UHGV virus genome: UHGV-2167056
Strand: one strand, 5' to 3'
Source: a virus
Length of the DNA stretch: 32,938 bases
Shown here: positions 1 through 9,201 of the stretch, piece by piece
How the letters are laid out: each line of letters starts with the position of its first letter
Numbering within the stretch: position 1 is the stretch's first letter
The notes under the pieces: generated by a model
Told to the model about the DNA's origin: nothing
What the model saw: only the letters and a program-made list of their open reading frames with translations
Databases searched by the model: none
Made by a program: the position numbers and the translations under genes

Positions 1-4
1 GGCT

Positions 5-30
5 TTCCTGAAAACCTCGGTTTACGGGAA
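5..30. other. hix/gix-like site-specific inversion crossover site (left)
   Basis: Plus strand reads TTCCTGAAAACC-TC-GGTTTACGGGAA, two imperfectly palindromic 12-bp half-sites around a 2-bp core. It closely resembles the Hin hixL and Gin gix sites as I recall them. Confidence 0.7.
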
Positions 31-86
31 ACGGTAAACAGGGCGGCGAATGCCCTGCCATCGGACGGCACCGCCGTTGCCGCGAA
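19..86. repeat. Inverted-repeat arm (left) of invertible segment
   Basis: About 68 bp that is roughly 94% identical to the reverse complement of 1299..1366, including a perfect 32-bp core CTGCCATCGGACGGCACCGCCGTTGCCGCGAA at 55..86. Confidence 0.8.
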
Positions 87-378
87 CAGGCTGGCAAATG
101 CCCACACAATTAATGGTGTTCCCTTTGACGGGACGCAGGACATAAACATCACTTCTGGTATAACACAGCAGGATGCGGATTCCCGATATATCCAGGATAT
201 CAGGCTGGGAGCAGAGAACAGGCAGGTAATGTACGGTGGGGCATATTACTCTGCGTACGGTAATGTTATGGCAGGCCTGCAGATTGACAGTAAAGTTGAT
301 GCTTCAAACGATTTTATAGCATTCAGACCCCTGCAAAAATTAGTCGGAGGTACATGGATTACGGTATCTCAGTTATAA
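19..378 (+). other. Silent alternative tail-fibre C-terminal cassette (Sv'-like), with no start codon of its own; would be fused to the constant fibre N-terminus after inversion
   Basis: Frame 1 is open from position 1 to the TAA at 376..378. Its translation parallels residues 178-303 of the minus-strand fibre and ends in the motif FRPLQKLVGGTWITVSQL, similar to the other fibre's C-terminus and to P2 gpH-type fibre ends. Confidence 0.6.
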
Positions 379-429
379 ATAGTCAGTAAATAATATATTT
401 TAAAACAGATTTATTTCCAGGAGGATTTT

Positions 430-951
430 ATGGAACTAAAAAATATAACCCGTTATTATCCTGAAAATATGCCATATGGTAATAATGTTCAGTATTTCCA
501 GAGTGAAGATGGTAAGGATTTCTACGAATCCCTGCCATTATTCACCAAAAAATATAAACTTTGCATAACCCCTGACAGCGGTGTTATCTGCTCAATATCA
601 CAGGATGCTTCGGCGCTGTATCCTGCGGGTTTTTCCGTTGTTGAGACAGACGAATTACCTGAAGGTACTGATATTTCAGGTAACTGGAAGTTTGATAATG
701 GTGTCATCTCACAACTCCCGGTTAACTATACCAAAAAAGCGGAAGCACTGCGCCAGTCATATCTTAATCAGGCATATGAAAAGATTAATGACTGGAGAAC
801 TGAGTTACAGCTGGGCACGATTAGTGATGAAAACAGAGCTGCGCTTACACGATGGATGAAATACATCAGTCAGGTGAAAAAAATGGAACTACCAGCGATT
901 AAAAACAAAGCTGAATTTGACGCCATTAAATGGCCGGAGAAGCCTGAATAA
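430..951 (+). CDS. Tail fibre assembly (chaperone) protein, U'-like, inside the invertible segment
   Basis: 173-aa ORF with a strong AGGAGG Shine-Dalgarno upstream; directly follows the alternative fibre cassette; Tfa-like size; AT-rich. Family assignment is by position and general resemblance. Confidence 0.6.
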   Translation: MELKNITRYYPENMPYGNNVQYFQSEDGKDFYESLPLFTKKYKLCITPDSGVICSISQDASALYPAGFSVVETDELPEGTDISGNWKFDNGVISQLPVNYTKKAEALRQSYLNQAYEKINDWRTELQLGTISDENRAALTRWMKYISQVKKMELPAIKNKAEFDAIKWPEKPE

Positions 952-985
952 CATAAAGGGTGCTTATCGCACCCTTTTCCTTTAA

Positions 986-1897
986 TCAGACGGATGAAAC
1001 TGTGCGCCAGGCATTACCGATATATATCTGCACCGGACGGTAATAAACGCCTCCGATATTATCGGCTGAACTTTTCCCGGTATCCTGCACGTTAATGCCT
1101 GAAAGCATACAACCAGAAGGTGCACCATAACTCCAGGACATTTCATTACCTCCGGGTGAATGGTAACTCTGGGCACCAAGCTGAACGTTGCTAACGTATT
1201 TGTTATCAGCAGTAGCTTCAGTCATACCGGAGGTAATGTATATGTCCTGCGTCCCGTCAAAAGGAACGCCATTAATATTTCTTGGGGTGGAGAGTTTATT
1301 CGCGGCAACGGCGGTGCCGTCCGATGGCAGAGCATTCGCCGCCTTATTCACCGTTTCCCGTAAACCGACGTTATCGATAAAAGCCCCTTTATCCGGAATG
1401 TCTGCGCCGTTCTGCTCCCTGCGCAGGTAACGGTTATCACCTTCGCTTTTGCTGTAAACATCCAGATTATTACGGGCGGTTCCCTTATTCTCCAGGTCGG
1501 CGAGATTCTGATCCTTCGCCAGGGCATTAACGTCACCGGGACCAAGACTGTTTTTTGTGGCAAGTGTCCCCAGACCAAGATAACCACGGGCCAGACGCTG
1601 GGCCTCCGCACCGGCATCAGCAATTTCTTTCAGGTTATTTTTCCGGGAAAAGGCATTCGCAGCGATAATGGCTTTAATGGACAGCGTAAGCTGGTTTAAC
1701 TGCGCCTTATCCGGCTGAATACTGGCTTCAGCCAGAATATTCAGCAGTTCGGCCTGGAGAATATTCAGCCAGTCCTGACCAATCCAGCTGATACCTTTTT
1801 GTCCGTCACCTTCGGTAAACCAGGTGGTGGTATTACTCTGCGCCGGTGCCAGCGCAGGCATATTCGCCACGCCGGAATTATTATCAACATGAAACAT
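986..1897 (-). CDS. Tail fibre protein (Mu S-like): constant N-terminal part 1367..1897 plus currently joined variable C-terminus 986..1366
   Basis: 303-aa ORF at the end of the tail operon; start overlaps the upstream gene's stop (TTAATG); the crossover site lies within the ORF at codons 173-181. Confidence 0.8.
   Translation of the reverse strand: MFHVDNNSGVANMPALAPAQSNTTTWFTEGDGQKGISWIGQDWLNILQAELLNILAEASIQPDKAQLNQLTLSIKAIIAANAFSRKNNLKEIADAGAEAQRLARGYLGLGTLATKNSLGPGDVNALAKDQNLADLENKGTARNNLDVYSKSEGDNRYLRREQNGADIPDKGAFIDNVGLRETVNKAANALPSDGTAVAANKLSTPRNINGVPFDGTQDIYITSGMTEATADNKYVSNVQLGAQSYHSPGGNEMSWSYGAPSGCMLSGINVQDTGKSSADNIGGVYYRPVQIYIGNAWRTVSSV
1299..1366. repeat. Inverted-repeat arm (right) of invertible segment
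   Basis: Reverse complement matches 19..86; it encodes the same peptide (GLRETVN.AANALPSDGTAVAAN) in both alternative fibre C-termini. Confidence 0.8.
1355..1380. other. hix/gix-like site-specific inversion crossover site (right), inside the tail-fibre ORF
   Basis: Minus strand reads TTATCGATAACG-TC-GGTTTACGGGAA. The inner half-site is identical to the inner half-site of the 5..30 site and in inverted orientation; the core dinucleotide is compatible. Confidence 0.7.
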
Positions 1898-2457
1898 TAA
1901 ATAGTCTCCTCTTCATGGCTGTTTGCATAAACGTAAATAAACGTCTGCCATGCAGGCTTATAACGGTTCAGAATACATTCCAGCGCACCGCCTTCATAAA
2001 TACGCAGCGGCGTGAGAATATCATCCAGCACATTCATATTCCGGTAGCCGGTTTCACTGTTAATCGTGACAATACTGACCCACTGCGAATCCGGTGAGGG
2101 CTGAATGTCAATCTGATAACCAAACTCCGCCGCAAACCGGATATAAAATTCACGGTTCAGCGAGGGCTTCATCCGGTATTTATTGCCGGCATAACGCTGT
2201 CGCTCCGTGAGGGTGGCTCCGGCCATATCACACTCGGGAAGCCCGAGATAACGCTCCCAGTCTTCCAGCAGCAGGCGCGACGTGTCAGGGAAACGCTCGG
2301 CAAGCAGCTGTTTACCCGTCCAGGATACACGCGCTGTCGAATGACTGAGGCCCAGACATAATGATGCCAGTACGGATGACGGACGCTTGTCCCATGCCAG
2401 CCCGTCAGGCAGTAACTGCAACAGGGCGCGCTGATGTGGGGTCAGGGTTACAGCCAT
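1897..2457 (-). CDS. Tail/baseplate protein, Mu gp48-like (DUF2313/YmfQ-like)
   Basis: 186-aa ORF at the position of Mu R between baseplate J and the tail fibre; translationally coupled. Confidence 0.6.
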   Translation of the reverse strand: MAVTLTPHQRALLQLLPDGLAWDKRPSSVLASLCLGLSHSTARVSWTGKQLLAERFPDTSRLLLEDWERYLGLPECDMAGATLTERQRYAGNKYRMKPSLNREFYIRFAAEFGYQIDIQPSPDSQWVSIVTINSETGYRNMNVLDDILTPLRIYEGGALECILNRYKPAWQTFIYVYANSHEEETI

Positions 2458-3530
2458 GTGATTTCTCCTACCGTCAGCAGCTCACTGTCTCCCGCCTGAA
2501 CTGACGTCAGCGGACTGCGCACTTCAAAATCCTCCAGATTTTTCACCCCTGCCACCGCCCGCCAGAAAGACGACGGCAGAACCAGACCGCCGGGCCGGGA
2601 TTCGTTGTATAACAGGTCGGTCAGCGCCTGTTTTACGGCCGCCTGATTCTCCGGTGTTTTCGGGATGATCCTGATGCTGAAGGGCACCGGCTTATTGGTC
2701 AGTTTAAACACGGTCACCGTCGGCCCCAGAGGCTGTCCGACAGGCTGGCCGGTCGCCGGATCATCATGACTGCGGATATAATCCGCCACCCGCTGAACAT
2801 CACCGTCACCGGGGAAAATATCCGGGTTATTATCCTGAACAAACGTTACCCCCACGCTGCCCGCCTGCGGCCATTCCGGGCGGCACCATGCCCGCGTCAC
2901 GCCCGGCACTTCACGCGCCCAGCGTTCAAAATCATACTGCGTGCCGCCGGACGGTGGATTCTGCACCCGGAAAACCAGACGGGAAAGCAGCTCCGGCACG
3001 GTTTCCACATCCGCACCACCGGTGATCCCCGTTCCGGTCACCGTGGCCGTCTGGTTGATCCCCGCCTGCGGTGTGATAAATGTCAGTTTTGTCCCTGCCG
3101 GGGCATTCCCCGCACGACCGGCACTTTCGGCTTCCACACTGACATTCAGCGTACCGGCCTTACCGGTCAGTGAGGTGGTGATACGGTAAACCACGCCATC
3201 ACTTCGCTGGAGAAGCACACCTTCCTTGATCCCCGCATCCGTGGTCAGCATCAGCTGAACCGGCCCGTCCCCCCGAGAGGCAGGCTTACGCATGACGCCC
3301 CAGAATGCACAGTGTTTCAGCAGTTCGGCTTCATCGGCTTCGGTCGGGATGATCTGACGCGCAATCCAGGCCAGATGCTCATGCTCCTGAGCAGATAACC
3401 CTGCCTGAGCGTAAGCAATGGCATTCAGGGTGGTTTCATTCACACCCGGCTGCGAGCCGGGCAGGCGCTGGCTGATATCCTGCTGTGTCTGCGTGATTAA
3501 CTGTGCCAGCGGTAAAGGCTGATAAGGCAT
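2448..3530 (-). CDS. Baseplate J-like protein (Mu gp47-like)
   Basis: 360-aa ORF; size and position match Mu W / baseplate J family. Confidence 0.7.
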   Translation of the reverse strand: MPYQPLPLAQLITQTQQDISQRLPGSQPGVNETTLNAIAYAQAGLSAQEHEHLAWIARQIIPTEADEAELLKHCAFWGVMRKPASRGDGPVQLMLTTDAGIKEGVLLQRSDGVVYRITTSLTGKAGTLNVSVEAESAGRAGNAPAGTKLTFITPQAGINQTATVTGTGITGGADVETVPELLSRLVFRVQNPPSGGTQYDFERWAREVPGVTRAWCRPEWPQAGSVGVTFVQDNNPDIFPGDGDVQRVADYIRSHDDPATGQPVGQPLGPTVTVFKLTNKPVPFSIRIIPKTPENQAAVKQALTDLLYNESRPGGLVLPSSFWRAVAGVKNLEDFEVRSPLTSVQAGDSELLTVGEITWL

Positions 3531-3967
3531 TACTCCCCCTTAAGATCAGCATAAAAAATCATGGGCCTCACTGAACCATCAGGCAGGGTTATGCGCACCG
3601 AAAGCGCCAGCCGCGCGTGCCCCACACGTTCTGCATGACAGACCACGGATGACGCCACGCCATCCTGACTGAGCCAGCCCAGCGCCTCATCCGCATAGGC
3701 ACGGGCACGGCTTATCACGGAGGCCAGCGTTTTTTCCCGGCGGAGAAGCCACAGACGGGAGCCAATGGGACGCGGGCGAAAACTGTCTCCCCACCATCCC
3801 CGGCGGTCACGCGTACCATCAGGGATTTCATCCGATGCCAGCGCCCGGCGGTCAGTAAACAGCGAAATCAGAACGGCCGTCAGCAGACTGTCATCCGTCA
3901 GCAGGTCGGCACCGTTCAGTTGCAGCGAACCGCACCCCTGATCCCATACAATTGCAATATCAGCCAT
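3530..3967 (-). CDS. Baseplate protein, Mu gp46-like (GP46 family)
   Basis: Taken from the internal ATG (MADIAIVWD...) at 3965..3967; the longer ORF start would overlap the upstream gene by 150 nt. Confidence 0.6.
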   Translation of the reverse strand: MADIAIVWDQGCGSLQLNGADLLTDDSLLTAVLISLFTDRRALASDEIPDGTRDRRGWWGDSFRPRPIGSRLWLLRREKTLASVISRARAYADEALGWLSQDGVASSVVCHAERVGHARLALSVRITLPDGSVRPMIFYADLKGE

Positions 3968-4574
3968 TCTCCGGCGCTCCTGTCTTACTGCCTTTGCCGT
4001 TATCCTGATGCACATGGCCGGAATAGGTGATCCCGGCAATAACGGCATCAGACATCGTGAACAGCCCGTCTGATTTACCTGTACCATCAAGCACGAAATT
4101 ACCCTTAACATGCAGGTTTTTATCCACCGTCACATTGCCCGTAAAGGTGGCCTCCGGCGTATCCACCCGCATCCCCTCATCGGCGTAAATCTCCAGCATT
4201 TTGCATGTCACAATAATGCGACCATCCTTTGTTAACCGTATCCGGTGCCCCTCATGGTGATACACCCCCGTATCTCCGGCTGTGAGTCCGGTCGGGCGGC
4301 TGCGCCGGTCTTCCACCACAAGCACCACAATCTGATCCCGCTGTCCGCCCAGACAGGCAAAAAAGGTTTCCGCACCCGGCAGGGGAACGCTGATCTGCCC
4401 GTACTGCTGGGGACGCTCCACATCATCAAAGGTTTCGCCGTCCATGCCGGTGAGCTGCACATTCTGCATTTTCAGTTCGTCATGTGTGCCGGTCAGAACG
4501 CCCCGGCCAAACAACAGGCGAATACCGCGCGTTACCGGGGCAATCAGGCGGCTGAACACTTCATCATTCATCAA
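3960..4574 (-). CDS. Baseplate assembly protein V / spike-like (Mu gp45-like)
   Basis: 204-aa ORF; position and size match phage baseplate V family. Confidence 0.65.
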   Translation of the reverse strand: MMNDEVFSRLIAPVTRGIRLLFGRGVLTGTHDELKMQNVQLTGMDGETFDDVERPQQYGQISVPLPGAETFFACLGGQRDQIVVLVVEDRRSRPTGLTAGDTGVYHHEGHRIRLTKDGRIIVTCKMLEIYADEGMRVDTPEATFTGNVTVDKNLHVKGNFVLDGTGKSDGLFTMSDAVIAGITYSGHVHQDNGKGSKTGAPENG

Positions 4575-5688
4575 AGCTGATCCCCTGTTTTTTCATCTGC
4601 TGGCGAATAAAGGCATCAACATCGTCACCGGAACCACCCCGGCCCTTACTGTCCGGCTCTGCCGGAACGATAAAGCCGTCACGCGGTGCCAGTACCAGCC
4701 GGGTGACTTCCCCGTTATGTTCATCAAGTAAAAACTCCACCTGACAGACCAGCAGTTCAGTCTGTTCTATACCGAAACGCAGGGCTGAAACACCGGTCAG
4801 CAGATTGACATCCCATAACCGGCCATCATCCCGGAACCAGCCACGCACGGTGGCAGAAAACCGTTCTGAACGGGCAATCGCACGGCGCATTTCACGCAGG
4901 GCACGCTGCCGTGCACCGGTGGTGTCTGTCTGTTGATCGGCGAGGATGATTTTCGGCCGGTAGCGGCCGATCTGCTCATCACTGATGACGCCCACAGGTG
5001 CTGCCAGACGGGCGGCGGATTCGCTGTCTCCCCGTTTGCCACCACCGCGCCCGTGTCCCCGGACACGGTATTCGCTGTATCGTCCTCGCCAGTCCGTGTT
5101 GTAATCGGCATCAAGCAGGTTATCTCCCAGCACCAGTCTGTCCGTCTGCTGGCTTCCTGCCTGGGTGAACACCAGATCGCCGTCAGCATTACTGGTCACC
5201 AGCACCCCGCGATGCCGGGCAGCACGGGTCAGCGCATCCGCCACGGTTTCTGAGTTTTCCAGCGTAAAAGAGCTGAAGGGGCGTGCAGCCGTGTCGTCGT
5301 TAACCTGCCAGCGCACGGCTATCCCGAAGGGCGCACATAAATCTGCGGCAATCTGTGCCAGCGTCCGGTTGCGCCACTGGCTGCCGGGATGGATGGCGGC
5401 ACAGTCCACCAGGTCGCCGGTTTTATCCCGACCGCTGATGCTGATCTGATGACGGGTTGCACTGATCCGCTGACTGACCTGATCCAGCCAGCCACTGATG
5501 ACCGTCTGCCCGTTAATTCTGAGCGTCAGGGACTGACCGGTTCGCAGGGCTGAGGGGATGCGCTCACCGGGCAGCATCAGCCCCAGTTCAAACGACCCGG
5601 CCAGATGCTCCAGCGAGCGACGGACGCTGACCGTCAGCCAGCCGGAAAAAATACTGCCACCGATATACAGTTCAATCCTGCTGCTCAC
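4564..5688 (-). CDS. Tail protein, P2 gpD-like / Mu P (gp44)-like
   Basis: 374-aa ORF between the N-like and baseplate genes. Confidence 0.65.
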   Translation of the reverse strand: MSSRIELYIGGSIFSGWLTVSVRRSLEHLAGSFELGLMLPGERIPSALRTGQSLTLRINGQTVISGWLDQVSQRISATRHQISISGRDKTGDLVDCAAIHPGSQWRNRTLAQIAADLCAPFGIAVRWQVNDDTAARPFSSFTLENSETVADALTRAARHRGVLVTSNADGDLVFTQAGSQQTDRLVLGDNLLDADYNTDWRGRYSEYRVRGHGRGGGKRGDSESAARLAAPVGVISDEQIGRYRPKIILADQQTDTTGARQRALREMRRAIARSERFSATVRGWFRDDGRLWDVNLLTGVSALRFGIEQTELLVCQVEFLLDEHNGEVTRLVLAPRDGFIVPAEPDSKGRGGSGDDVDAFIRQQMKKQGISFDE

Positions 5689-7030
5689 TGATCACCTCCA
5701 CGCTGCGGCCACCCGGAACAAAAACCGGATCGGGGATATTGTTTCTGCGGACAAAATACTGCCAGCGACTGCTGTTGCCGGTGGCACGGTACAGCGTGAC
5801 CAGTGCCGGTTCGGTGGTGCGAACCATGACCTGAAAAGCACCGGGAAGATGCACGCTCCGTGTGGTTAAATCTTCTGTCAGCGCAAGCCCTGCATCACGT
5901 AATGCAAGGGCAGTCCCGGTATAGCCCTGTGCGGACAGATCCAGCACCTGTTGTTCCATGGCATCGCTCAAATCCCGGTTGATACGCTGCACATCAGCAG
6001 AACTTTCCAGCCAGGCCAGTCCGCCCGAACGGTCAGTATCCTGAACGTGCGTCGTATTCTGCCGGATGACCTGATCCAGCAGTTTTCCGAGCGTCTGTGC
6101 CTGCGACACCAGGGTTGCACTCTGCATCACGCTCCGCAGCAGACGGATATTTTTCTGTGCCGCAGGCGTCAGGCCAATCAGGCGCTGTGGATCATCCTGT
6201 TCGCTGAGGGTGTAACGCAGGGAGGAAAGTGTGCGGTACAGCTGCGGCATGGCCTGCTCTGCCATGCTGTCACGGTTTGTGGTCAGGCTGCCGGACGGCG
6301 TTCCGGCTTTTCCGGTCAGAGACAGGGAAGGATCGCCGGGCAGCCCGGTCAGCACGGCAAACATTCCGGCCAGCGATTCAGCCATGCGACGGGGCGCATT
6401 AATCAGGGCGGCGGCATTGCCTTTCAGGGCAGTAAAACTGGCCGTAAAGGCACTGATATCCTGCACAATCCCCATCCCCGAAACGGCATTCTCCAGTGCA
6501 TCAATCTTATCGCTGATGGTGTCGGTCATGGCCTGTACATCATGCAGACCGTCTGAAATCACCGTCCAGCCGTCTGAAAGCGTGTTAAACAGCTGATTCA
6601 TTGCTGAGCCGCTTTTCTGCTCCAGCGCAGCTGCCGTATCTTCTGCCACCGCAGGGGCGGTATCGTCACTGGCGGGGATCACGTTGATCGTGAACTCAAC
6701 CGTTCCCTGCTCGCTGGCGTTATAACGGCTTTCAAAGCTGTTTATCAGCACGTTTAACGTGCCGTAATCCGGGTGCATCAGTTCACCGGCACCGGGTGCA
6801 CGCAGCGCATCACGCAGGCGGCTTCGCTGTGTCTGAAGATCGTCTCCGGTAACCAGAACCGTGAATGTGAACTCCGGGAGTTTTGGCCCCAGATCATCCG
6901 CACCGCCGCTTTCACGCAGTGGGTATTCACGGCGCACAATGTTACGTCCGCCCCGTTCCCGCTGCTCCTGATAAACCAGGAACGGTACGCCACGAAAGGA
7001 GCCACGCCCCGGCGTGTCAGTAGAGGCCAT
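5672..7030 (-). CDS. DNA circularisation protein N-like (Mu gp43-like)
   Basis: 452-aa ORF immediately downstream of the tape measure gene; N-terminal region resembles the DNA_circ_N family. Confidence 0.65.
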   Translation of the reverse strand: MASTDTPGRGSFRGVPFLVYQEQRERGGRNIVRREYPLRESGGADDLGPKLPEFTFTVLVTGDDLQTQRSRLRDALRAPGAGELMHPDYGTLNVLINSFESRYNASEQGTVEFTINVIPASDDTAPAVAEDTAAALEQKSGSAMNQLFNTLSDGWTVISDGLHDVQAMTDTISDKIDALENAVSGMGIVQDISAFTASFTALKGNAAALINAPRRMAESLAGMFAVLTGLPGDPSLSLTGKAGTPSGSLTTNRDSMAEQAMPQLYRTLSSLRYTLSEQDDPQRLIGLTPAAQKNIRLLRSVMQSATLVSQAQTLGKLLDQVIRQNTTHVQDTDRSGGLAWLESSADVQRINRDLSDAMEQQVLDLSAQGYTGTALALRDAGLALTEDLTTRSVHLPGAFQVMVRTTEPALVTLYRATGNSSRWQYFVRRNNIPDPVFVPGGRSVEVISEQQD

Positions 7031-9074
7031 AGTTCCCTCCGTTCCAGACGTTCACATCCAGGCCATGCTGTGCGGTATCATCCACATCAATACTGCGCGC
7101 CCGCCAGCCTTCAGGGGCCACAAGCTCCACCCGTGCGGCGGTTTTCGCGGTGGCCTGTCCGCCGTTTTCGTCACTGCCGCCACGCAGTTTCTGCCAGGCC
7201 TGCGTCAGCCAGCCCCCCAGATAATCACCGAGATAGCTGCCCACCGTGGAACCAATGGCAACCCCGACCGGACCAGCAGCCGCCCCCAGCGCGCCACCGG
7301 CGATACTTCCGGCAAGGGAACCCACGGCACCGGCTTTATCGGCTGCACTGGCGCTGCTGTCCAGCAGTACAGGAGCCGCCATGGCACCGGCCCACAGGGC
7401 ACCACCACCCAGCCGACCGGCACCACGGAACAGCCCGGCAAAACGCCCCAGCCCCATGCGGTTTCCGGCCGCCGTTAGCAGACCACCGGCACGGCTCATC
7501 ATACGACCGAAGAAGCCCTGTTTACCGGCACTCTCCGCCAGTTGCTCACCGGCAGTCACGATGGTCGTGACACCCCGTCCACGTCCGGGGCCGCGTTTTT
7601 TACGGCCGCGCACGATTTTGCCGTCACCGCTGACCACCACATCCCCGCCACCTGAGGCCAGGCCACCCGCAGGCCAGTTGGTGACCAGCACGGGCTGAAC
7701 GGCAGCCGGATTTACCCCGGTAAGGAAATTCAGGAACCGGCCAGCGCGTCCGGGCTGCGTTCCCGGCACAGTGGTCTGCGGTTTGCGGAAGGGCGACGTC
7801 AGCACGGAGGTCATCGCCATGCCATAGCGTAAGGGGGTTGCGCCGAGACGTAATGCCCCCGTCCCCGCAAACCTGAGCACCTTCAGCGCACGGGAGGCGA
7901 GATACATATACATCAGGTACTTTGCGGCGGTCTGCGCACCCTGACCAATGCGATCCAGCGCATCGCCATAACCGGCGTCGCGCAGTGCCTGAAGCGTTTC
8001 CCTGACTTTCTGAATGACCCGGTAAAAGCCGGTCGCAGCGTCTCTGGCATACTCAAATCCCTGATTCAGAGCTGAGGCCGTCTGTGTGGCCAGCTTATCC
8101 TGTAAGCCGCTTTTCTGTGCCGCATCGGCATAATCCAGGAAGCCTTTCAGGCTCTTTTTCAGGCTGTCAAACGGTCCCTTTGCCATCACCTCGCGGGCAA
8201 ATCCGTCCCAGACGTCGCCCATCATGGACGTCATTCCCGTCCAGGAATTCATGGCGTTTTTCTGGGCACCTTTTGCCTGTTCGGCCATCACCTGAAATAA
8301 CAGGCGAATGCTGTCCGGCCCCAGTTTTCCTTTTTCGCCTTTCTCACGGATGATCTTCTGGTTTACGCCCAGCTTATCGGCCAGTAACTGGTAAACGTTA
8401 ATCCCGTATCCGGTCAGAATATTGGCGTCCGCTGCCTGGATACTCTGGCGGGCAAACATCTGTTTGAGTTGCAGGGACGCACCCTGTGCATCTGACAGTG
8501 ACCAGCCGTGATAGCCGCCCTGATCCTGAAGCATGGTAATAAAGCGACGGGCTTCCCTGTCACTCATGCCAAACCCGCGACTGGAGGCGTATTCCTGCAT
8601 AACCCCCGCCAGCCCCCAGGTGGTGTCTTTGGCGTTCTGTACTGCCCAGGCTTTCACTGCTTCCGTTTTTGCCGTATCGCCATGATTAATGGCGTTGAGA
8701 CGCAGAATATAGTTCTCCATCTCTGCGGCCGGGCGGATAAAGGCTTTATTAAAACCGTAGACCGCAGCCCCTCCCGCCAGCATCCCGTAAAGGTTGCTTA
8801 TCCGCCCGATGGTGCCGGTAATGCTGCCCTGCAGGCGGTCAAAATCTGACGTTACCGTGCGGATGCTGCCACGAACACCGGCAAGCGTTCGCTGCATACG
8901 GGAGCCGACAAGTTCTGTTTCCTGACCGGCCCGGCGGGCTGCATTTCCAAGACCACCCAGGCCTGTCCTGCCGGAACGGGAGAACGCCCCCAGCTCCTGT
9001 GACCACTGGCGGGATTTGGCGGAAATATTGCCGAGTAAATCGACAATCAGGGAGGCTTTCAGGTTTTTTGCCAT
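7017..9074 (-). CDS. Tail tape measure protein (Mu gp42-like)
   Basis: 685-aa ORF, largely low-complexity, with a Gly/Ala-rich hydrophobic segment near the C-terminus; located after the tube and chaperone genes. Confidence 0.8.
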   Translation of the reverse strand: MAKNLKASLIVDLLGNISAKSRQWSQELGAFSRSGRTGLGGLGNAARRAGQETELVGSRMQRTLAGVRGSIRTVTSDFDRLQGSITGTIGRISNLYGMLAGGAAVYGFNKAFIRPAAEMENYILRLNAINHGDTAKTEAVKAWAVQNAKDTTWGLAGVMQEYASSRGFGMSDREARRFITMLQDQGGYHGWSLSDAQGASLQLKQMFARQSIQAADANILTGYGINVYQLLADKLGVNQKIIREKGEKGKLGPDSIRLLFQVMAEQAKGAQKNAMNSWTGMTSMMGDVWDGFAREVMAKGPFDSLKKSLKGFLDYADAAQKSGLQDKLATQTASALNQGFEYARDAATGFYRVIQKVRETLQALRDAGYGDALDRIGQGAQTAAKYLMYMYLASRALKVLRFAGTGALRLGATPLRYGMAMTSVLTSPFRKPQTTVPGTQPGRAGRFLNFLTGVNPAAVQPVLVTNWPAGGLASGGGDVVVSGDGKIVRGRKKRGPGRGRGVTTIVTAGEQLAESAGKQGFFGRMMSRAGGLLTAAGNRMGLGRFAGLFRGAGRLGGGALWAGAMAAPVLLDSSASAADKAGAVGSLAGSIAGGALGAAAGPVGVAIGSTVGSYLGDYLGGWLTQAWQKLRGGSDENGGQATAKTAARVELVAPEGWRARSIDVDDTAQHGLDVNVWNGGNYGLY

Positions 9075-9201
9075 GGGTTACTGCTTCGTTCTGAGAATTT
9101 TTTCGGTCTGTCGGCAGTGCCGGTAAAGCTGCGATAAAGGGAGGTTAAGCGCCCACTCCGGGCCGCTTTTTGTCACCATCCCCAGCACAATTGCGGCTTC
9201 T

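Noticed and set aside
4232-4580. ORFs 4232..4462 (minus) and 4245..4580 (plus) inside the baseplate V-like gene
   Set aside because: Nested within a well-supported gene in other frames, with biased Arg/Trp/Cys composition; treated as chance ORFs.
6773-7698. Long plus-strand ORFs (6773..7570, 7014..7478, 7246..7698) inside the tape measure / N-like gene region
   Set aside because: Their translations are extremely Arg/Pro/Ala/Ser-rich and low complexity, typical of off-frame reading of GC-rich coding DNA; they lie entirely within strong minus-strand genes.
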